Origin: an uncultured delta proteobacterium
GTDB taxonomy: Bacteria > Desulfobacterota > Binatia > UBA9968
Assembly (NCBI GenBank): GCA_963771465.1
Contig: CAVYTU010000015.1
Location: 96,001 to 160,000 of the forward strand
Direction of reading: 5' to 3'
DNA: 64,000 nucleotides
Part shown: positions 59,227 to 64,000 of the stretch, piece after piece
How positions within the stretch are numbered: the stretch's first letter is position 1
Layout of the letters: each line of letters starts with the position of its first letter
Made by a program: the position numbers and the translations under genes
Notes under the pieces: generated by a model
What the model was told of the DNA's origin: nothing
The model's input: the letters and a program-made list of their open reading frames with translations, nothing else
The model's database searches: none

Positions 59227-60176
59227 AGCTGGTAACTTTTCTTCTCGATGGCCAGGAAAGAATCGGCGCCGACGTCGAAGGCGCTGCCGGCCGCGTGGTC
59301 GATTTGCATCGGGCTTATGCTGCTTATCTGCGCGACGTCGAGAAAAACCTTAGTGCCGATCCGTTGGCCGCCGCTGTCCTCGGCCGCGACATGGTCGAGT
59401 TTCTAAAGCGCGGAGAAAAAGCCGTAGACGCCGCGCGCACGGCGCTGGCGCATGCAGAGAACAATCCGCGCGACGGCTGTACCGTCGACCGCCAACGGGT
59501 GCGACTCATGGCGCCCGTACCACGGCCCGGCGCGCTGGTGTCGGCGGGCAAAAACTTTTCCGATCACGTGTCGGAAATGTCGTCGAAAAAAGGTCCGAGC
59601 AATCCAGTGGCATTCTTGAAGCTGCCCGGAAGTGTGATCGGCCCGGAAGACGAGATTCCCCATCCGCCCGAAGTAAAAAATTTCGACTACGAGGTCGAGC
59701 TCGCCGTGGTCATCGGCAAACCTTGTGTCGATGTGAGTGTCGATGAAGCGCTGGATTACGTCGCGGGATATTCGGCATTCAACGACATCAGCGCGCGCGA
59801 TGTGATTCGCGTTGAGAACAAAACCGGCATTCACTTGATGGGCAAAAGTTTTCCCGGCTTCGCGCCGATGGGTCCGTATCTCGTCACCGCCGATGAAATC
59901 CCCGATCCGCAGCGTCTTAAACTCTGGCTCCGGGTCAACGGCGAGACCCGCCAGGATTCCAATCTCGGCTATATGATTTTTAAGATTCCCGACATGATCG
60001 CCTACTGGTCGCAGATGGGGCTCAATCCCGGCGACGTGCTCACCACCGGCACGCCGCGCGGCGTCGCCGCCGGCAGAAAGCCGGATCAAACACCCTGGTG
60101 GTTAAAACCCGGTGACGTGGTCGAAGCCGAAGTCGAAAATATCGGCCGGCTTAGAAACCGCATCGTTGCCGAATGA
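59223..60176 (+). CDS. Fumarylacetoacetate hydrolase-family protein
   Basis: FDYEVELAVVIGK, NDISARD, GKSF, PGDVLTTGTP. Confidence 0.9.
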   Translation: MKLVTFLLDGQERIGADVEGAAGRVVDLHRAYAAYLRDVEKNLSADPLAAAVLGRDMVEFLKRGEKAVDAARTALAHAENNPRDGCTVDRQRVRLMAPVPRPGALVSAGKNFSDHVSEMSSKKGPSNPVAFLKLPGSVIGPEDEIPHPPEVKNFDYEVELAVVIGKPCVDVSVDEALDYVAGYSAFNDISARDVIRVENKTGIHLMGKSFPGFAPMGPYLVTADEIPDPQRLKLWLRVNGETRQDSNLGYMIFKIPDMIAYWSQMGLNPGDVLTTGTPRGVAAGRKPDQTPWWLKPGDVVEAEVENIGRLRNRIVAE

Positions 60177-60258
60177 AATTTCACAGCGCAACTTCGATGA
60201 ATCACCGCGCTCCGAAGTTATCTGTCCGATCCGTCCGATCTAGCCTCAAGGAGCCCAC

Positions 60259-61180
60259 ATGACCGCAAACAGTTCCGTAATCAAACCGACCGGTCTGGTG
60301 CATGGCCATACCGAGGTCCGTTTCCTCGACGACACGATTCCCGTGCTGACCCAAGTCTCTAGCGCTCGAAGTGATCGAGCGCCGCGATCATGAAGCTGTG
60401 CTCAAACATCCCAACACGGGCTGGAAACTAGTCGTGCACGAAGGCGGCGCCGATGTTAAGGACAAGCCCGAGCGCAATCACTACGGCGTGCGCGTGGCAA
60501 ACAACCAAGAAGTCGACCAGGCTTATCAATACTTGCTGGCACACAAGGAAAAACTGGGCCTGACGAAAGTAGTCAAGCGCAAAGAGCGCGCCGGCTCCTA
60601 TTCGATGTTCTTCGTCGAGCCGGGGGGCAACTATTGGGAGATTGAGTCCTATGAGAACCGCCACAAAGCCGGCCTACCGGAGCACATCGCGTACCCGTGG
60701 AAAGAAAAGCTGACTGTGGAAAAACTTCCCGGCTGCGGCTACATCCCGCAGGCGATGACTCACGGCACGATGGAATGCACCGATTTAGCTGCGTCGGTCA
60801 AATTCTACAAGGAAGGACTCGGCCTCGATGTCATCACCCATGTGCCAACCAGCAAGCCGCACGATGTTAAACATCAGTCAACGCCCTGGTATATCGCTAG
60901 TCTCGAAGTGCCGCTGAAAAACAAACACTATTTATCGCCGCTACAGCGCTACACCGTTGCCGTGGAATCTGCCGCAGCATTAGCCGACGCGCATCGCGAA
61001 TTGACCGAGCGGCGCGAAGAGTTCGGCATAACCGCCATCGAAGCGGTCGAAGAGACGGCCACCGGCGCGTCATTTTTGCTCTGCGACCTCGATCGCAATT
61101 GGTGGGAGATTGCCGCTCCATTTTCTTCTGGCGTAAGTTCGAATCCGAATCAATCTCATTTGACGGGAGAACCAAAATGA
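60259..61180 (+). pseudogene. Two-domain VOC/glyoxalase protein with a +1 frameshift near 60357
   Basis: AAGGAG RBS, MTANSSVIKPTGLVHGHTEVRFLD; removing one base gives TQVLALEVIERR; NHYGV, EPGGNYWEI, THGTMEC, DLDRNWWEI. Confidence 0.75.
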
Positions 61181-61812
61181 ACATCCATCAAATAAACAGC
61201 AAAAAAACCGCCGTGCTCTTCTTCGACATGCTCAACGTCTATTTTCACGCCGTCCCCGAAGAAAAACAGAAAGCGCTAAAACCCGTGGTCGCCAACGCCG
61301 TGCGCCTGATGAACGGCGCGCGCCAGGCCGGCATGCTCATCTACTACGCCATGGCCAATCATCGGACTGACGGAGAAAGCCGCTACATGGCAATCACCGA
61401 CACCGACATGCGGCTTCGCCCCTGGCCCAACGACGACTGCAATCCGACCGTCCACGGCGCGACGGAAGGATCGTGGGAGCAAAAAGTCATCGATGAGATC
61501 GCGCCCGGGTCCCAGGATTACATCATTCCAAAATATCGCTGGAGCACCTTTCATCAAACCTATTTCGATCTCGCACTCCGCTCCCGCGGTATCGACACGA
61601 TCATTATTTCCGGCGGCGCCGTCGATGTCGGCGTCGCGTCAACCGTCTATTCGGCGCGCGACCACGATTACAACATCATCGTCGTGCGCGATGCGTGCAG
61701 CAATTCCCATGACGACTCCATGGCCGCTTTGATGAACACCGTCTTTCCCCGCCTGGCGCGGGTTAGAACCACCGAACAGGTGCTGGAAATGATCCGTAAA
61801 GACGCCAAGTAA
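61177..61812 (+). CDS. Isochorismatase-like (cysteine hydrolase fold) protein
   Basis: TAVLFFDML, IPKYRWSTF, GIDTIIISG, STVYSARDHDY, DAC. Confidence 0.85.
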   Translation: MNIHQINSKKTAVLFFDMLNVYFHAVPEEKQKALKPVVANAVRLMNGARQAGMLIYYAMANHRTDGESRYMAITDTDMRLRPWPNDDCNPTVHGATEGSWEQKVIDEIAPGSQDYIIPKYRWSTFHQTYFDLALRSRGIDTIIISGGAVDVGVASTVYSARDHDYNIIVVRDACSNSHDDSMAALMNTVFPRLARVRTTEQVLEMIRKDAK

Positions 61813-61903
61813 AGCGATAACTGGCTCGGTAAGATTTTTGGGGATCGTACGTCTAAGTTACGAAGTGGTAGTTGTTGCAACGATAAGAAATATAAGCAGA
61901 TGG

Positions 61904-62251
61904 ATGATTGCGCTTTTGGCAATTCTTCTTACGCCGTTATTTCTAAATGCGCAAAACCCGCCCGCCGCCGAACAACAAAAGATCGAAGCATTGATCAAAT
62001 ATGTCGGCGACCTCAAGGACGCCAAGTTTGTTCGCAACGGCTCGACCTACGAACCGGCGACCGCTGTGCGCTTCCTGCGCGGCAAGTGGAATGCCAACAA
62101 AGCCGGGGTCAAAAGCGCCCGCGACTTTATCGAAAAAGTCGCGACCAAGTCAGAGACCTCAAGCAAGCCATATCTTCTGCGTTTCAGCGACGGCAAAGAA
62201 ATCCACAGCCGTGAATTTTTCCTCACCGAACTTGAGAAAATAGAAAATTAG
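61904..62251 (+). CDS. Secreted DUF5329-like protein
   Basis: Signal peptide; KIEALI...FVRNG...FIEKVATKSETSSKPY. Confidence 0.7.
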   Translation: MIALLAILLTPLFLNAQNPPAAEQQKIEALIKYVGDLKDAKFVRNGSTYEPATAVRFLRGKWNANKAGVKSARDFIEKVATKSETSSKPYLLRFSDGKEIHSREFFLTELEKIEN

Positions 62252-62387
62252 CTCGGAGCGCCGATCTTGCGCCACCCGATTTTTTCCTGTGGCGTTTTTG
62301 CGCCATTGCGCGAAATCCTGCCGATAATTCCATCACGCCAAAACACTAACACGTTCATTCGCCCGGGCATCGCTCTTGCTCCGGAGA

Positions 62388-62939
62388 ATGATTGTGAGTC
62401 TGAAACCATTTTTATTGTTCCTTCTGCTGGCGAGCGCAACGCCAAGTATCTGTTTTCCGGCGAGCCGCTCAGATATCGTTGGCACTCCAGCGCAGTTTGA
62501 AGAATCCACCCCTGAAGCCGGTGAACTTAGAAAGGTCATCCGTGTCGTCGACGGCGACACAATCGTCGTCAGCCCCAACGAAAAAGTGCGTCTCATCGGC
62601 GTCGACACACCGGAAACGGTGCATCCGAAAAAGTCGATCGCCTGTTTCGGCAAAGAAGCCAAGCAGTTCTCCCGCGACGCCGTTGAAGGAAAAACTATCA
62701 GATTGGTAATGGACAAAGTAAACATCAAGCGCCAACATAAAGACAAATACCGCCGCACCCTCGCCTACGCCTATCTTATCGACGGCACGATGCTCAATCG
62801 CGAGCTCATCCGCCAAGGTTACGCCCACGCTTACACTCGATTCCAGTTTCGTTACCTTGTAGAATTCAGAGAATTGGAGCGCCAGGCCCGAACTCAAACG
62901 ATCGGTCTCTGGTCGAGCTGCTCAGTGAACGAACAATAG
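62388..62939 (+). CDS. Thermonuclease (SNase) family protein
   Basis: RVVDGDTI, VRLIGVDTPE, DKYRRTLAY, NRELIRQGYA, GLW. Confidence 0.9.
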   Translation: MIVSLKPFLLFLLLASATPSICFPASRSDIVGTPAQFEESTPEAGELRKVIRVVDGDTIVVSPNEKVRLIGVDTPETVHPKKSIACFGKEAKQFSRDAVEGKTIRLVMDKVNIKRQHKDKYRRTLAYAYLIDGTMLNRELIRQGYAHAYTRFQFRYLVEFRELERQARTQTIGLWSSCSVNEQ

Positions 62940-63084
62940 GCGAAAGTACTCCGCTGACGGAGTATTTCACGTTTCGCTCATAAATTTTTTCTCGTCCGCA
63001 GAACATCATGGACAGAGCCGAAGCCAAATCACTCCTCGCAAAAGAAGCATCCAATTTGAGAATTTCCATAAGGGGTAGTTAGCA

Positions 63085-64000
63085 ATGAACATATTTAAAG
63101 TGATGGCCGGGATCTTACTGGGTTTCATATCGCTGCTCACCTTTGCAATCTTGTCGTATATGGCTCCTAGGAACCCCGAACAGACACTCTTTCGGGCGGT
63201 ATCCACGCAAAGCAACTCCCTGAAATCCGCCAGCTACTCATCCAAGGACGGCTCACATCAATATAATTATTCCTTTTCCTTTGTTGAGTTGAATGACGAC
63301 GGACTCTTTGTCGAGCCGGCGCAAGTTGATCGGTTGATAACCGACCTACAAAGCAAGATAAGGCAATCCGATACGACGATTCTGCTCTACGTTCATGGAT
63401 GGAATCACAACGCCAGCAGCACTGATACGAATGTCGCTTGCTTTGAAGAACTGCTCAAAGCGACGGCGATAATGCAGTCAACCTATCTATCAAGCGATGG
63501 CAAAACTCCGAGATCAGTGTACGGGATCTATGTTGGGTGGCCGGGCGTCGTTTACGAAAACGAAACGCTAAATACGACTTTAACTTTTTTTGGCCGGCAA
63601 TCTGCAGCTGACCGAGTAGGCGAGCGAGGTGCGCTTTTAGAGCTATTTAGCAAAATCGGCAACCTTCGCGACCAACAGAAACCGCAAAAAACAAAATTCG
63701 TTATCATTTCTCACAGCCTTGGTGCGCGGCTGACCTATAAAGCGCTTAGACCCGTCATGCAATACTCGGCCTATCAAACAGGCAGCAGCAAAAGCCCATT
63801 TGTGGCGGATGTAGCCGTCATGGTCAACCCGGCGTTGTCAGCCGATGAACACACAGTCCTCGCAGCACTGATTAATGCGCAGGCTGGACAAGGCATTCGC
63901 AAGGCGCAACCGAGATTCATCATCGCCACATCGGAAAAGGATGAAGTACTCGGGGGAATATTTCCGTGGTCTCAACGTGTTTCAAGTTTCATACGGGGAG
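63085..64000 (+). CDS. Alpha/beta hydrolase (DUF900-like), runs off window end
   Basis: Manual translation: N-terminal TM, FVELNDDG, LLYVHGWNHNA, GIYVGWPG, IISHSLGAR, MVNPA. Confidence 0.78.
   Translation, partial: MNIFKVMAGILLGFISLLTFAILSYMAPRNPEQTLFRAVSTQSNSLKSASYSSKDGSHQYNYSFSFVELNDDGLFVEPAQVDRLITDLQSKIRQSDTTILLYVHGWNHNASSTDTNVACFEELLKATAIMQSTYLSSDGKTPRSVYGIYVGWPGVVYENETLNTTLTFFGRQSAADRVGERGALLELFSKIGNLRDQQKPQKTKFVIISHSLGARLTYKALRPVMQYSAYQTGSSKSPFVADVAVMVNPALSADEHTVLAALINAQAGQGIRKAQPRFIIATSEKDEVLGGIFPWSQRVSSFIRG

Noticed and set aside
62388-62939. Thermonuclease as part of a defence or toxin system
   Set aside because: Ordinary secreted SNase with no partner defence or immunity genes evident

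Overview
High-GC bacterial chromosomal segment. The many orphan ABC substrate-binding proteins, cupins and Rieske enzymes and the short intergenic repeat style suggest Candidatus Binatia/Deltaproteobacteria (inference only). 1-29 kb is an accessory catabolic and transport island: a Cdc48/VAT-like double-AAA ATPase whose D2 Walker B is naturally D-Q, four tandem bicupins, phthalate-pathway-like decarboxylase, dihydrodiol dehydrogenase and Rieske oxygenase, a dppABCDF operon, several solute-binding proteins and two cysteine-less racemase-fold proteins. 29-43 kb is mostly housekeeping (mazG, hprA-like, ssb, plsC, rnj, ftsK, lolA, rimO, dksA), interrupted by a sigma54 cassette (FhlA-like activator, ferritin-like diiron protein, ACAD-fold flavoprotein). 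43-53 kb is a rearranged envelope region: an 811-bp near-identical direct duplication of two small secreted-protein genes around a NarL/HisKA_3 two-component system, a recurring 16-bp operator-like motif, a decaying pal/mqnP/TSUP block, a lipoprotein and a Cys-rich porin. 53-64 kb holds hisF, GcvT-like plus two phytoene-dehydrogenase-like genes, an FAH pair, VOC, isochorismatase-like, DUF5329-like, a thermonuclease and a partial alpha/beta hydrolase. I saw no rRNA, tRNA, CRISPR array, transposase or integrase.
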